From a virus (taxonomy: Duplodnaviria; Heunggongvirae; Uroviricota; Caudoviricetes), in IMG/VR virus record IMGVR_UViG_3300033150_000619: DNA of 64,000 nucleotides. One strand, given 5' to 3'. Shown here one piece after another: positions 8,798 to 18,595 of the stretch; positions within the stretch are counted from its first letter, which is position 1; each line of letters starts with the position of its first letter. The position numbers were made by a program, and so were the translations under genes. Below the pieces are notes generated by a model. The model was given only the letters and a program-made list of their open reading frames with translations, was not told where the DNA came from and ran no database searches.

Positions 8798-10650
8798 GGG
8801 GGATCACCGAACTTTACCTGCTTCATTATCAGTTGATCCTGATGTCTCTTAAAGTCTTCATAGGTAACCGGGTAGTTCATAGCCAGATGCTTGAGTTTAA
8901 CGTTGGTGTCTACCTTTATCTTGAATCCTGATTCTCTAACTTTAGAACAGTTATGTACAGTGATAGATTCTGCGACGTACGACTCTGCTCCATCAACGCT
9001 AATGTTATACACTGGTCCTATATACCGTTGTCTATGTATAGCTCGGATGGGAATCCAGAATCCTCCTTGTGTGCTCAATGAGTCTCCTATTCTCAAATGA
9101 TCAACCTCTCGAATCATACTTGTTTTACCCTTTAACCTTCCACTTATTCCAGTAAGGGCATTGAACCTATCTTGCATCTGGGACGGTATTTGGATTACAT
9201 ATCTGTAATTATCATAGGACTTGATAGAAGGCAATATACCAGTTCTTAATAACACATACTTTAATTGTCTTGATAGGAGTGGAGACGTTGTAACAGCAGA
9301 TTGGTAGTGTCCATCTCCTTTGAAGTATCCTGTTAATATATATCCTATCTGGTCTGATGAGAGAGAGTTAATGAATCTGGGTAGTCTCTTAAGGCTAGCT
9401 CCCTTCCCGAATAGATTAGTAAACAACCTAGCCATTATCTTGGAGTTTATGTACACCTTAGTAGCGGAGTCATCTTCTGATACATGCACATCTATACCTA
9501 TATCTTCCATGGTATTCTTTGTATGATCTATCATATTGTGTTCAGAAGATCCAAAACAGAAGTATACTTGGTGTTGTGTTGAGTACCCTTCTGCTATATA
9601 GTAGCCCATGGTTTCTAAGACGGAGTCTGTTAAGTCTATTCTATTTGGGATGTGATTATGTCTTGCTCTATTATAGTACCACCCATTGTTACTTCTACTT
9701 AATTGATTGGTGGAGATATAATGCGGCAGATAGATTGAAGACAGATGTCTACGATTATCTACATATTTAGGAATGAATACCCTATCACTTCTATTGATAT
9801 ATTTTGCTATCTTCCACTTATTCTTTAGATGTACATTAGCTGACTCTATAGATTGTACTAGTACTGGATGATTGCCAGTTAACCATACCGTGTTGTCATA
9901 ATACGGTTCTATTCCAATGAGGTACCCATTGTATGGTCTAGACATGACATCTGTGACAGTAGAGAGATTACCTCTATGTGTAAGTACTCTATCTCCTATC
10001 TTCAGCATCTCAATTGGAGACAGTGTATCTCCTAATATTAGTGTACCAGGGGGTACACAGAAGGAGTAGTCTTCGGAGAACTCTGTAAACTCAAATGGTG
10101 GGAACTCTATCTCTTGGAATACATCCCTGCGTATGAGTACAAATCCCATACCTATTCCGTCTACGTAATATGGTTGTCCATCCTTCCATTGGATTAGGTG
10201 AGTATATCCTTCTTGATTATCTAAGTTCTTGACCTTGAGTGACATTAACGGATGGTAGGGGGGACCCTTCTGGAAATATAAGCCTGAGACTATAGGTTCA
10301 TTATGGAGCCACAGTCTCATCAATGCATCAGGTTCAGGTATGCAGTCATCATCCCAGAATAGTATATGTGTTGCATTGGGAGCCTTTACTAGAAAGTCAG
10401 CTACCAGTGCATTCCTAGCCTTATCCAGTGGTATCATGTTTGTTGAATGGAAGTAATGTTTAGGCTTAATTAATCTGATATAGGAGTTCATTAACTCTAT
10501 AGATATTATACCTTCACTGGGCATAGCAATGAATATCTCCCCATCCATAACTTCTTCATCAAGGTGCTGGTGCTGATTGCTCTTTAGGGATGCTGGCTCT
10601 CCCTTTATCTGATTGGCTAGTTCCTTCAATTTATCACTCATTATCTTCAC
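8794..10650 (-). CDS. GT-A fold (GT2-like) glycosyltransferase with intein
   Basis: IFIAMP, ARNALV, FWDDD, VSGLY, DGIGMGFVLI, SEDYSF|C motifs. Spliced extein approx. 248 aa. Confidence 0.85.
   Translation of the reverse strand: MKIMSDKLKELANQIKGEPASLKSNQHQHLDEEVMDGEIFIAMPSEGIISIELMNSYIRLIKPKHYFHSTNMIPLDKARNALVADFLVKAPNATHILFWDDDCIPEPDALMRLWLHNEPIVSGLYFQKGPPYHPLMSLKVKNLDNQEGYTHLIQWKDGQPYYVDGIGMGFVLIRRDVFQEIEFPPFEFTEFSEDYSFCVPPGTLILGDTLSPIEMLKIGDRVLTHRGNLSTVTDVMSRPYNGYLIGIEPYYDNTVWLTGNHPVLVQSIESANVHLKNKWKIAKYINRSDRVFIPKYVDNRRHLSSIYLPHYISTNQLSRSNNGWYYNRARHNHIPNRIDLTDSVLETMGYYIAEGYSTQHQVYFCFGSSEHNMIDHTKNTMEDIGIDVHVSEDDSATKVYINSKIMARLFTNLFGKGASLKRLPRFINSLSSDQIGYILTGYFKGDGHYQSAVTTSPLLSRQLKYVLLRTGILPSIKSYDNYRYVIQIPSQMQDRFNALTGISGRLKGKTSMIREVDHLRIGDSLSTQGGFWIPIRAIHRQRYIGPVYNISVDGAESYVAESITVHNCSKVRESGFKIKVDTNVKLKHLAMNYPVTYEDFKRHQDQLIMKQVKFGDPP
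8950..10059 (-). mobile_element. Intein (370 aa) with LAGLIDADG endonuclease, both catalytic residues intact
   Basis: Starts CVPPGT, LTGNHP block B, YIAEG and FKGDG motifs, ends ITVHN followed by Cys. Confidence 0.92.
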
Positions 10651-12289
10651 CTGGTTTAGTTGCCTCTATGTAAATAGATACCTCTGGATGCAGGTCGTAT
10701 GTCTGGTTTCTTATTATATCTGACTTAGAGCTATTGAACTCAGATATATGAATATCTATGAACCCAGCATTCTCAAGTAGATTGGTTAGTGCTACGGCAT
10801 CATACACTGTTCTGTGTCCAGCCATAGAAACTAACCACAGTCTTTGGGCATCGTCCTCTGCATCTCTTACGTTCTTATCGAATATACCAAAGTCTCCTAT
10901 GGATCCATCGGCATATTTGCTACATATCTTTCTTAGGTCTGGCGTAGCTACACGGAATGTACCGCCTGGTCTGAGAACCCTAAAGACCTCATTTACTACT
11001 TTCTTTCCCTGTTTTCGATCAAGATGCTCCATTATGTGTGAGGCAACTACACATTCTACGGAGCTGTCTTTTTCTCTTATCTTTAGACTGATGTCGTACT
11101 GGGTAAATCTACATCCTAGATGCTCTGCATTGCTATGAAGAGGCAGTATGTCTATGTTCTTCCAACCATAGCTGAACATATCCATATATGAACCCAGATT
11201 CAATTTGATGAGACCATCATCAGGTGGCATATTTCGATGTGGGTCTCCACACTCCATCTCCTCTTTATCTACAATCTCAACCTTATGGTCCGGTGCTATG
11301 TTGCTAAATTGCTCTATCCACCACTCCCTTGGTTTAAGAGTACCTTTATCGTGAGTTGGGTCTACATCATCTACTGGATGCTCAAACGTAATTCCGTGTA
11401 GACTTCTGTTGGATATGCGGCTTATCTCCCTAATCATATCTTCAATGTACTCTTCAGATATATGTTCTAGGGTAGCTATACTGACAACCATATCAAACTG
11501 TTTATCGCTGAAGGGATATGGTGTTACCCGTAAGTCCCACATGATATGATCCTTAATGACTCTATTTGCATTACACCACCTTGATATGTCTAAGTTAGTG
11601 GTGGGTATACCTAGTTCTTCTAGGTGCTTTGATACATATCCTCTGGCACCCCCAATGTTCAGTATTGATTCAGGGATCCTCTGCATGATAAACTTCACCG
11701 TATTCCAATGTACCGGGAAGTCTAAGTATAGGTCATAAGGAGCACCAGGTCCACCATCAAAGTATTCTATTTCGTAATCTGTTGTGGTGTCGTAACCTTT
11801 GTTTGCTACTACTATCATATCTGTGTTACAGGTTGGAAGGGGTCCCCACACCACCTTCTTAAACCCTACTTCCTTGAGGAGTTGTGTTATCATCTTTGGA
11901 GAGAATCCTGCCTTATGGGTATTGTCAGAGTAGTTCTGATCTCCAAATATCATACATATATCATTAAAGTCCCAGTCATCCTTATCTACTAATATCTTCG
12001 CTTGTTGCTTTAGATTGGGAATGACAAATACAGCTTTACCATCAAAGGTTAGTATTCTATAGCACTCTCTAAGGAAATCTGGTACTTTACGCCACGATAT
12101 GTGTTCTAATACGAATTGAGCATACACTCCATCAAACTGTCCAGAGTCTATCGGGAAGGGTGTTATCTCTAGGTCATGAACTATGTCTACTGTAGGTCCC
12201 GGCCTGATATCGATGTTTGGTCTAAAGACCGGTTGATCACCACCACCAAGTTCTATTACTCTATCAGATGAACTGAATATCATTACCAC
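10634..12289 (-). CDS. Protein with three tandem class I SAM-dependent methyltransferase domains
   Basis: Three Gly-loop / post-II sets: IELGGG..FDGVY..FVLEH; LNIGGARG..FDMVVS..TLEH; LNLGS..VECVVASHIMEH..LRPGG. Confidence 0.8.
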   Translation of the reverse strand: MVMIFSSSDRVIELGGGDQPVFRPNIDIRPGPTVDIVHDLEITPFPIDSGQFDGVYAQFVLEHISWRKVPDFLRECYRILTFDGKAVFVIPNLKQQAKILVDKDDWDFNDICMIFGDQNYSDNTHKAGFSPKMITQLLKEVGFKKVVWGPLPTCNTDMIVVANKGYDTTTDYEIEYFDGGPGAPYDLYLDFPVHWNTVKFIMQRIPESILNIGGARGYVSKHLEELGIPTTNLDISRWCNANRVIKDHIMWDLRVTPYPFSDKQFDMVVSIATLEHISEEYIEDMIREISRISNRSLHGITFEHPVDDVDPTHDKGTLKPREWWIEQFSNIAPDHKVEIVDKEEMECGDPHRNMPPDDGLIKLNLGSYMDMFSYGWKNIDILPLHSNAEHLGCRFTQYDISLKIREKDSSVECVVASHIMEHLDRKQGKKVVNEVFRVLRPGGTFRVATPDLRKICSKYADGSIGDFGIFDKNVRDAEDDAQRLWLVSMAGHRTVYDAVALTNLLENAGFIDIHISEFNSSKSDIIRNQTYDLHPEVSIYIEATKPGEDNE

Positions 12290-13347
12290 TTCACTCCCTC
12301 AACTATACGATCAAAGGTATGTAAGTATTGCTTAGAGATTATAGGTATACTAAATCTCTCCTCTACAGTCTGGCGACACTTGTGATTGTCTATTGTGTCT
12401 ACCTTCTGTATATATCTAGCCCACTCTACTGGGTCTGATGTATTAACTATGAACCCATTCACTCCGTGTTCTATTATTTCTGGTAGAGCTCCACTGTTGG
12501 ATGCTATGACTGGAGTTCCACATGCTAGTGATTCCAACGCTAGTAGGCTCCATGCTTCATCTACTTTAGATGGAAGTAATAGTGCCTTAGATCTCTGTAA
12601 TAGATTTACTTTGGTGTCATGAGACACTGTTCCCCACATTATAATGTCGGGTCTTTTACCTGCATAATAGCCCCCTATGTCTGGTTCTATCAGGCTGTTG
12701 ATACGCTCTTTATATTCTTGATTTGTACCGAATTCGGTTTCTCCGGCAATGTCTATAGGAACATTAGCTATCTTAGCGGCATTAATAGCTGTGTCGTGTC
12801 CTTTATGCGGTAGCATAACTCCCATACACAGAAGTTTATTATCCTTGTCATACTCTGGGGTGTACTTTTCAGTGTCTACACATAGATGAATAACTAATGA
12901 ATCTTTACCATACCTCTTTACTGTATCTGTAGCTTGCCATTGAGATATAGCTATTAACCTAGGATATTTCTTTGGTAATTGAACTGGTCTTAGGTGGGAT
13001 AGGTTAGATGGCGGTATACCTGACCATGTTTGTACACCGTGCATTGTCCCTGTTATCGGAACGTCTTGTAGGTAAGCCCATTTATTATGAGAATGATCAC
13101 TAATTACGTCAAAGTCCCTTAGTTGGTCTTTGTACATTTCATATGCACGTTGACCGAAATCTGACGTTTCTGGTGTGGGGAATAGTTCGACTCCTCGAGG
13201 GGCTTTACTTCCCTCAAGTGCAAACAATGTAATGTCCCAGTCTGATTGAGATATGCCGCAACAGAGATCATAAACAAATGCCTCTAATCCACCGTATGTG
13301 TCTGGTGGAGTTTTAAGTACGGAGGATGATATTACGGCTAGCTTCAT
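12283..13347 (-). CDS. GT4 (GT-B) glycosyltransferase
   Basis: PPDTYGGLE, EAWSLLALESLACGTPVI, EIIEHGVNGF. Confidence 0.9.
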   Translation of the reverse strand: MKLAVISSSVLKTPPDTYGGLEAFVYDLCCGISQSDWDITLFALEGSKAPRGVELFPTPETSDFGQRAYEMYKDQLRDFDVISDHSHNKWAYLQDVPITGTMHGVQTWSGIPPSNLSHLRPVQLPKKYPRLIAISQWQATDTVKRYGKDSLVIHLCVDTEKYTPEYDKDNKLLCMGVMLPHKGHDTAINAAKIANVPIDIAGETEFGTNQEYKERINSLIEPDIGGYYAGKRPDIIMWGTVSHDTKVNLLQRSKALLLPSKVDEAWSLLALESLACGTPVIASNSGALPEIIEHGVNGFIVNTSDPVEWARYIQKVDTIDNHKCRQTVEERFSIPIISKQYLHTFDRIVEGVKW

Positions 13348-15461
13348 TCTAGTAACCTTCTATAGACGTTGATGTACTTCTTTTGTATCTTGTCCCACGT
13401 ATATCTCTTGGCTGTCTTACGTGCCTCTAGTCCCATCTTCTTGACTTCATTGGGGTTGTCATAGAAGTAATTCATATGTGTAAGTAATGTCTCAGCATCT
13501 CTAGGTTCAAACAGTAGCCCAGACTTTCCATCCTTAATCAGTTCTGATGCTCCTACACCCTTAGATGCTATGACAGGTCTGCCAGCAGCCATAGCCTCTA
13601 GTAGAGGGATTCCGAATCCTTCTGTGACTGAATTACCAGATAGAGCAATTATTCCATTGCGTTCTACGAATAAGTTATGGTTTTGAGTTTGTACGCACCA
13701 CACTATACCATTATAGCTTGATGTAGATATATGCTTATCACATTTTAATGATCCTTTGTTGTGCAATTGTCTTATAGATATCATCCAATATTGGCTTGGT
13801 CCTATGCATTGCCCAGTCTTATTTATAATATGACCGTTGTTGAATCTTCTCCAGAATCTGGGGGAATAACCCATCTTCAGGCACAATTGTATTAAATCAT
13901 CTCTTAATTGATCTGATACTGTATAGTATAATACGTGATTCCCGGATACACTGCTGCCTCCCTTCATTATACCGTCGTAGAGTTCCTTTAGCAGTCTTGT
14001 GGAATATTGTAAACACCAATCTGGTATTTTCTTATTATGACTATCACTGCCACACTTTTCTAATATTTCAGTAAGGCGAACGGAATATACCTTAATACAT
14101 CCATTGTCTCTAGTGGGATGCAATCCTATATCTTTAACTAGATCAGATATTTCACCTAAGTTAACTTCGTCTTGGTTAGCGAAATGTACGAATCTGTTGC
14201 CCTTAATGTCTTGAATGTACCCCTTTGCTATATACCATCCAATTAAACGCAATAATGATGGTAGATATAATTTATCTGGTAGGTCCCTTACTCTATATTG
14301 GGGTGGATATTCTTGATTACACAGATCAGAAGTATTGATATAGTTGCAGTCCGTTCCGTCCCATAACCCAGTTGTTGGGATATAATACCTAGTTGTTTTG
14401 TTTAAGAACCATATCGCCTCCCTGGTTCTTAGGATATCTCGTTGTTTGGGAGTATAGTAATACATTCGGTGATTAGGTGTTACAGATAAATTGAATTGAT
14501 TACTGGTGAAGTTAATCATTTGACCCACGTAGGGGTTTATGTAGATCTTTTCTATTGGATTAAGTTCTAACTTGTTATTGTTTAATGTCCACACTAGATC
14601 ACCTATTTCTACATCCCATATAGATTTAATACCAGTGGCGGTAAGGAGGTTGGAGTCTTCTGAATAACAGGGTTGTACGTATACTGACATGTCGTTATAG
14701 AAGTTCCACTTGTTATCTATGAATCCTCTTAGGTGTATATCTGCATGTGGATTAGCGTTCTCTACAGCAGACTTCCACTTTGATAGGGAGTTACTGTGCT
14801 TCCCGGCAAAGTGGAGTTCACCGTCATCATGTACAAAGGCTCCCCATGCCATCATCAGGTACTTTAATCCTTTATCGGGTCCAATAGCACCCATATATCC
14901 TACCTTAAAATCATCTGGTGGTTCTACGTATTCTGGTATATATGTACCGTGTCTAATTACCTTAACATTCTTAGCTCCTATATCATTAAGGATATGTTTC
15001 TTAGACATTCTAGAAGCAGACAGTACAATATCTGCCTCTCTAATGTGTTTGGTATATAACTTGTATAGGAAGGGATTAACCATATGGTTGAAGGGATACA
15101 TACCATAGACAGCATTCCATTCCTGTATACTCTCCTTTCTATTATGTGCGGGACAGTCTACTACTATCTTACACTCAGGGTTGATTTTGTGTATCTCTTC
15201 TATAGTCCTGCCGAATGGATCACCATTGAAGTGAGCTAGGTCAAACTTATTGCCTCTTTCCCTTACTATCTGTGAAGCTATGTAATCTATAAAGAAGGGG
15301 TTAGATGGTACATTGTATGCAGGACATCCTATTAGGTTGGCATCTACCACCTTAACGTCATCAAAGTACCTTGATTGAGCCTTTAGCTCATTAGTTACTA
15401 CAGCACTAGCGCCTGCCGTTCTGGCTATAATCTCAGTGGTGCAGATAAACCCAGTTACCAT
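13344..15461 (-). CDS. GT4 glycosyltransferase with intein
   Basis: YVQP|SVTEGFGIPLLEAMAAGRPVI after splicing; KGLKYL motif. Confidence 0.9.
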   Translation of the reverse strand: MVTGFICTTEIIARTAGASAVVTNELKAQSRYFDDVKVVDANLIGCPAYNVPSNPFFIDYIASQIVRERGNKFDLAHFNGDPFGRTIEEIHKINPECKIVVDCPAHNRKESIQEWNAVYGMYPFNHMVNPFLYKLYTKHIREADIVLSASRMSKKHILNDIGAKNVKVIRHGTYIPEYVEPPDDFKVGYMGAIGPDKGLKYLMMAWGAFVHDDGELHFAGKHSNSLSKWKSAVENANPHADIHLRGFIDNKWNFYNDMSVYVQPCYSEDSNLLTATGIKSIWDVEIGDLVWTLNNNKLELNPIEKIYINPYVGQMINFTSNQFNLSVTPNHRMYYYTPKQRDILRTREAIWFLNKTTRYYIPTTGLWDGTDCNYINTSDLCNQEYPPQYRVRDLPDKLYLPSLLRLIGWYIAKGYIQDIKGNRFVHFANQDEVNLGEISDLVKDIGLHPTRDNGCIKVYSVRLTEILEKCGSDSHNKKIPDWCLQYSTRLLKELYDGIMKGGSSVSGNHVLYYTVSDQLRDDLIQLCLKMGYSPRFWRRFNNGHIINKTGQCIGPSQYWMISIRQLHNKGSLKCDKHISTSSYNGIVWCVQTQNHNLFVERNGIIALSGNSVTEGFGIPLLEAMAAGRPVIASKGVGASELIKDGKSGLLFEPRDAETLLTHMNYFYDNPNEVKKMGLEARKTAKRYTWDKIQKKYINVYRRLLE
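13632..14669 (-). mobile_element. Intein (346 aa); both LAGLIDADG acidic residues substituted
   Basis: Starts CYSEDS, VTPNHR, ends LSGN followed by Ser. YIAKG (AAG at 14223-14225) and MKGGS (GGC at 13956-13958). Confidence 0.9.
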
Positions 15462-16477
15462 TTATCCCCACTCTCAATTCTATCATATAATTTCATATAG
15501 TTATTAGTCATTATCTCCTTAGTAAAGTTGTGCTCTACCCATTTGCGACACTTACGAGGATCGATTAGGTCTACCATTTGCATGTAATCCTTAAACTCCT
15601 CTTCGGTGTTAGCTAAGAAGCCAGTCTTACCGTGTACAACAGTTTCCTTGAATACTCCTCTGTTCCAAGCTACTATAGGAGTACCAGACGCATTAGCTTC
15701 TGGTATAATCAAACCGAATGGTTCATTCCATGTATCTGAACATGGGAATATCAATGCCTTAGCATCTGACAGTAGCTTTCTTTTCTCTTCATGTGTTACG
15801 GGACCGTGATACCTCCACTTAGATCCAAGTCTGCATAGCTTTGCAACTTCAATTGCATAGGGAGTCGGATCATCTTCTAGCATACCACCAACCATATCAA
15901 GAGGAACGTCTAGTTCTCTACAATATCTTATAGCAGTTAGATTTCCCTTATCTGGGTGGGGTCTACCCATGAATATATATCTATCAGACTTGTCTGTCTT
16001 ATAGTCGAATCTATCCAGGTCTATACCGTTGTACACTACCTCTGAATCATATCCATACCTTTCCCTTATTCTATCTCTATGGTCCCTGGATATAGTTATC
16101 AGACAAGGATTAACTACTGGGTAGAGTATAGAGCTAGGGCAATGTAAGGTAGAACAATACCTATTGTCATCCTCAAACTCAGATAGGAATTGATATATTA
16201 ACTTCTGGTGAGAGTGATCATGAATTATGTCTGCCTGTTCTGCATAGGGGAGGTACTTTAACAGAGCTATATTCTCATCCCATTTATTAGTATTAACATC
16301 TACTGTAGGAACAAGAGTAATACCATCTGGCAATTCACTACCTTGGGGAGCAGCTACTGTAACGTCATATCCCTTATCATGTAGGGAAGTAGCTAAATCA
16401 TATACAATCATCTCCAGTCCACCGTAGTTGTCTGGAGGTACCTTAAGGCAGGCTGTGCTTATTAGCATAATATTCAT
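15455..16477 (-). CDS. GT4 glycosyltransferase
   Basis: PPDNYGGLE, EPFGLIIPEANASGTPIV, ETVVHGKTGF. Confidence 0.9.
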   Translation of the reverse strand: MNIMLISTACLKVPPDNYGGLEMIVYDLATSLHDKGYDVTVAAPQGSELPDGITLVPTVDVNTNKWDENIALLKYLPYAEQADIIHDHSHQKLIYQFLSEFEDDNRYCSTLHCPSSILYPVVNPCLITISRDHRDRIRERYGYDSEVVYNGIDLDRFDYKTDKSDRYIFMGRPHPDKGNLTAIRYCRELDVPLDMVGGMLEDDPTPYAIEVAKLCRLGSKWRYHGPVTHEEKRKLLSDAKALIFPCSDTWNEPFGLIIPEANASGTPIVAWNRGVFKETVVHGKTGFLANTEEEFKDYMQMVDLIDPRKCRKWVEHNFTKEIMTNNYMKLYDRIESGDKW

Positions 16478-16506
16478 TATATTTCATGTTATTTGTTATG
16501 TACAAT

Positions 16507-16526
16507 TCTAATAAACGTTTATTAGA
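16507..16526. promoter_or_regulatory. Perfect 20-bp palindrome in the divergent intergenic region
   Basis: TCTAATAAAC|GTTTATTAGA lies between the minus-strand GT operon (start 16477) and the plus-strand head operon (start 16563). Each half carries a TTTATTA TATA-like box. Confidence 0.7.
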
Positions 16527-16562
16527 CCTAGGGCACTTTAGATATTACAGAGGGAGAGACCT

Positions 16563-18245
16563 ATGATTCAAGATGCTCTAGAGAGTATACTAGCAGAAAC
16601 TCTTGCTCAGTTAGAAGAAGCAACTAAGACAAGGGAATCTTTAGCTTTCTATACTGAGATAGAACATGATCAGGGTAGACCTATAGTTATCACCGGCATT
16701 GCTTTAGCTGAAGGGGATTGGCATGGAGTAAGATATACAGCAGACGAAATCAAGAAAGCAGCTAACTCCTTGAAGAACCTTAAGCTGATGGTGGAACACT
16801 CTAAGACATTTGAATTCTCTGGTGAACCAGTAGGTAAGGTAACTCATGTAGAATGGGATGATATGCTACATGCGCTTAAGTTTAAGGCTGTAGTTACTAA
16901 TGCTGAAGCAAGGGAATTGGTGCGTAGAGGACACCTGAAGTCTGTATCTGTACAGACATATGTTGATAAGGTTCCTACCGACTCATTGCCAATTGCTAAG
17001 AACCTGATGTTTGTTGAGTTATCTCTGGTATCTGAGCCAGCATGTGAGACATGCAACATCTTCCACTGGGAATCTCTCTCAAAGAATAAGGAGGATAATA
17101 ATATGGAGAACCTAGCAGTATGGAGTACTGCTTATATAAACGATCTCCCAGACTCCTCATTTGCTTACATCGAACCAGGTGGAAGCAAAGATAGTGAAGG
17201 AAAGACTACACCACGGAAACTGAGACATCTACCATACAAGGACAAAGACGGGAAGATTGATGAAGTACACCTTAGAAATGCTCTTGCAAGACTACCACAG
17301 ACCAATATATCATCTAGTGCGAAGGCAAGTGCACGCAGAAAGCTGTGTGCAGCAGTGGAGTCATGGAACAGGACTCACACGAAGAAGATACGCAGTAGTG
17401 TGTGTGGGACAGAGAGCAATAGCTTAGATGCACTTAAGGATATGTCAGAAGAGGAACTAAGAGCTGTTATCGATACAGTAGTTCTGAAGATCATGGAGAC
17501 TCTTAAGGGAGGAACAGATGAACCACTGAGGATAGTATGCGAGTTCTGTACGGAGGGAACAGAACCACTGTGGTTCCTGTCTATGGATGAGTACGAGGAG
17601 CATCTTAAGACGCAGCACCCCGAAGAGTACATTAAGATGCTTAAACAGGGTAAGTTCCAAGTAACTGGACCGACAGACGATAGAGTTTCAGAACCATCAG
17701 AGCCTGGTAATCCAACTCTAAGTAGCGAACCAGAGGGTTTATCTTCGACCACTGATTCAGATACATCAGATACGGAGGTAAATCAATTGAGTCAAACAGA
17801 TGGAATTACTGGAGATGGAGACCCTACACAGCCTACTGAGCCAAGTGAGCCGACTGAGCCGACAGAACCTACTCAGGAGCCAGTGTCTGAGCCATCAGAA
17901 CCAGCAGAACCCACAGTAACAGCTGAACCTGCTCCAAGTGAGCCCGTTAAGGAGGATAGAGTTGTAGAACGTGTTATAGAGAGGGTGATATATGTACCAC
18001 AGACAGCAGCACCAGCTGCTCCCCTACCAACTGTACCTGTAACCGGTACACAGACAACTGTTCAGGAACCTGCACCCACAGAGCCTTCTACACCGGCTGA
18101 GCCAGCAGTTTCAGAGCCAGCTCCTGCTGAGCCCTCTGAGCCAGCTAAATCAGTTGACCCCTATGAGGCTACTAAGGATCTGTCTATTGGTGAGTTGATC
18201 CATATCCTATATAGTAGGAAAGAGGAGCTACCTGAAGCGGACTGA
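16563..18245 (+). CDS. Prohead maturation protease fused to a second phage domain, a C2H2-like finger and a Pro/Glu/Thr-rich scaffold-like tail
   Basis: ITGIAL.EG.W, MVEH, VGKV, SVSV, ELSLVSEPAC protease motifs. Then WSTAYINDLPDSSFAY...RHLPY...HLRNALAR (DUF6582-like as I recall it), CEFC..H..TQH and PTEPSE repeats. Located directly upstream of MCP. Confidence 0.8.
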   Translation: MIQDALESILAETLAQLEEATKTRESLAFYTEIEHDQGRPIVITGIALAEGDWHGVRYTADEIKKAANSLKNLKLMVEHSKTFEFSGEPVGKVTHVEWDDMLHALKFKAVVTNAEARELVRRGHLKSVSVQTYVDKVPTDSLPIAKNLMFVELSLVSEPACETCNIFHWESLSKNKEDNNMENLAVWSTAYINDLPDSSFAYIEPGGSKDSEGKTTPRKLRHLPYKDKDGKIDEVHLRNALARLPQTNISSSAKASARRKLCAAVESWNRTHTKKIRSSVCGTESNSLDALKDMSEEELRAVIDTVVLKIMETLKGGTDEPLRIVCEFCTEGTEPLWFLSMDEYEEHLKTQHPEEYIKMLKQGKFQVTGPTDDRVSEPSEPGNPTLSSEPEGLSSTTDSDTSDTEVNQLSQTDGITGDGDPTQPTEPSEPTEPTEPTQEPVSEPSEPAEPTVTAEPAPSEPVKEDRVVERVIERVIYVPQTAAPAAPLPTVPVTGTQTTVQEPAPTEPSTPAEPAVSEPAPAEPSEPAKSVDPYEATKDLSIGELIHILYSRKEELPEAD

Positions 18246-18250
18246 TAGAG

Positions 18251-18499
18251 ATGAAGCCAGAAGAAGAGTTGGAGTTGCTTAGACTTAAGCTAAAGATACT
18301 TGAGCTTGAGAAAGAGAAGGAACTCTCCAAGTCTCAGAACATTGAGGAGTTAGTGGACAACGAACCTGCACCTATTGTGTTACAAGGTATGAGGAGACGT
18401 TACATAACTCGAGAAGAGTTGGATAAGCTAACACCCGGTGAGCTGTTCATCTTGGCAAGAAGGAAAGGCATTCCTGTAGAGAGCATATTCCCTATATAG
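18251..18499 (+). CDS. Small coiled-coil protein (scaffold-like)
   Basis: Charged helix. C-terminal DKLTPGELFILARRK resembles the protease C-terminus. Confidence 0.6.
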   Translation: MKPEEELELLRLKLKILELEKEKELSKSQNIEELVDNEPAPIVLQGMRRRYITREELDKLTPGELFILARRKGIPVESIFPI

Positions 18500-18578
18500 T
18501 TCCAGACACCACTTTCTATGTTATTTAGAAGTTAGAGCTAGGATATTGTTTTATTCTAGTTAGGTATATTTAGTAACA

Positions 18579-18590
18579 GGAGGGAGAGAC
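18579..18590 (+). promoter_or_regulatory. Recurrent purine leader AGG(AGG)GAGAGA before structural genes
   Basis: Near-identical motif just upstream of starts at 928, 16563, 18596, 20206, 22487 (+) and 4298, 8581, 40784, 45463, 51998 (-). Confidence 0.65.
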
Positions 18591-18595
18591 AACAA

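Noticed and set aside
12283-16477. GT-B enzymes as T4-like DNA glucosyltransferases
   Set aside because: No base-hydroxymethylase or modified-nucleotide pathway is visible in the window, the motifs are ordinary GT4, and GGCC avoidance suggests restriction-sensitive DNA. Not fully excluded, because the genome extends beyond the window.
17670-18150. PTEPSE-type repeats as a separate mobile or repeat element
   Set aside because: In-frame low-complexity part of the protease ORF with degenerate codons.
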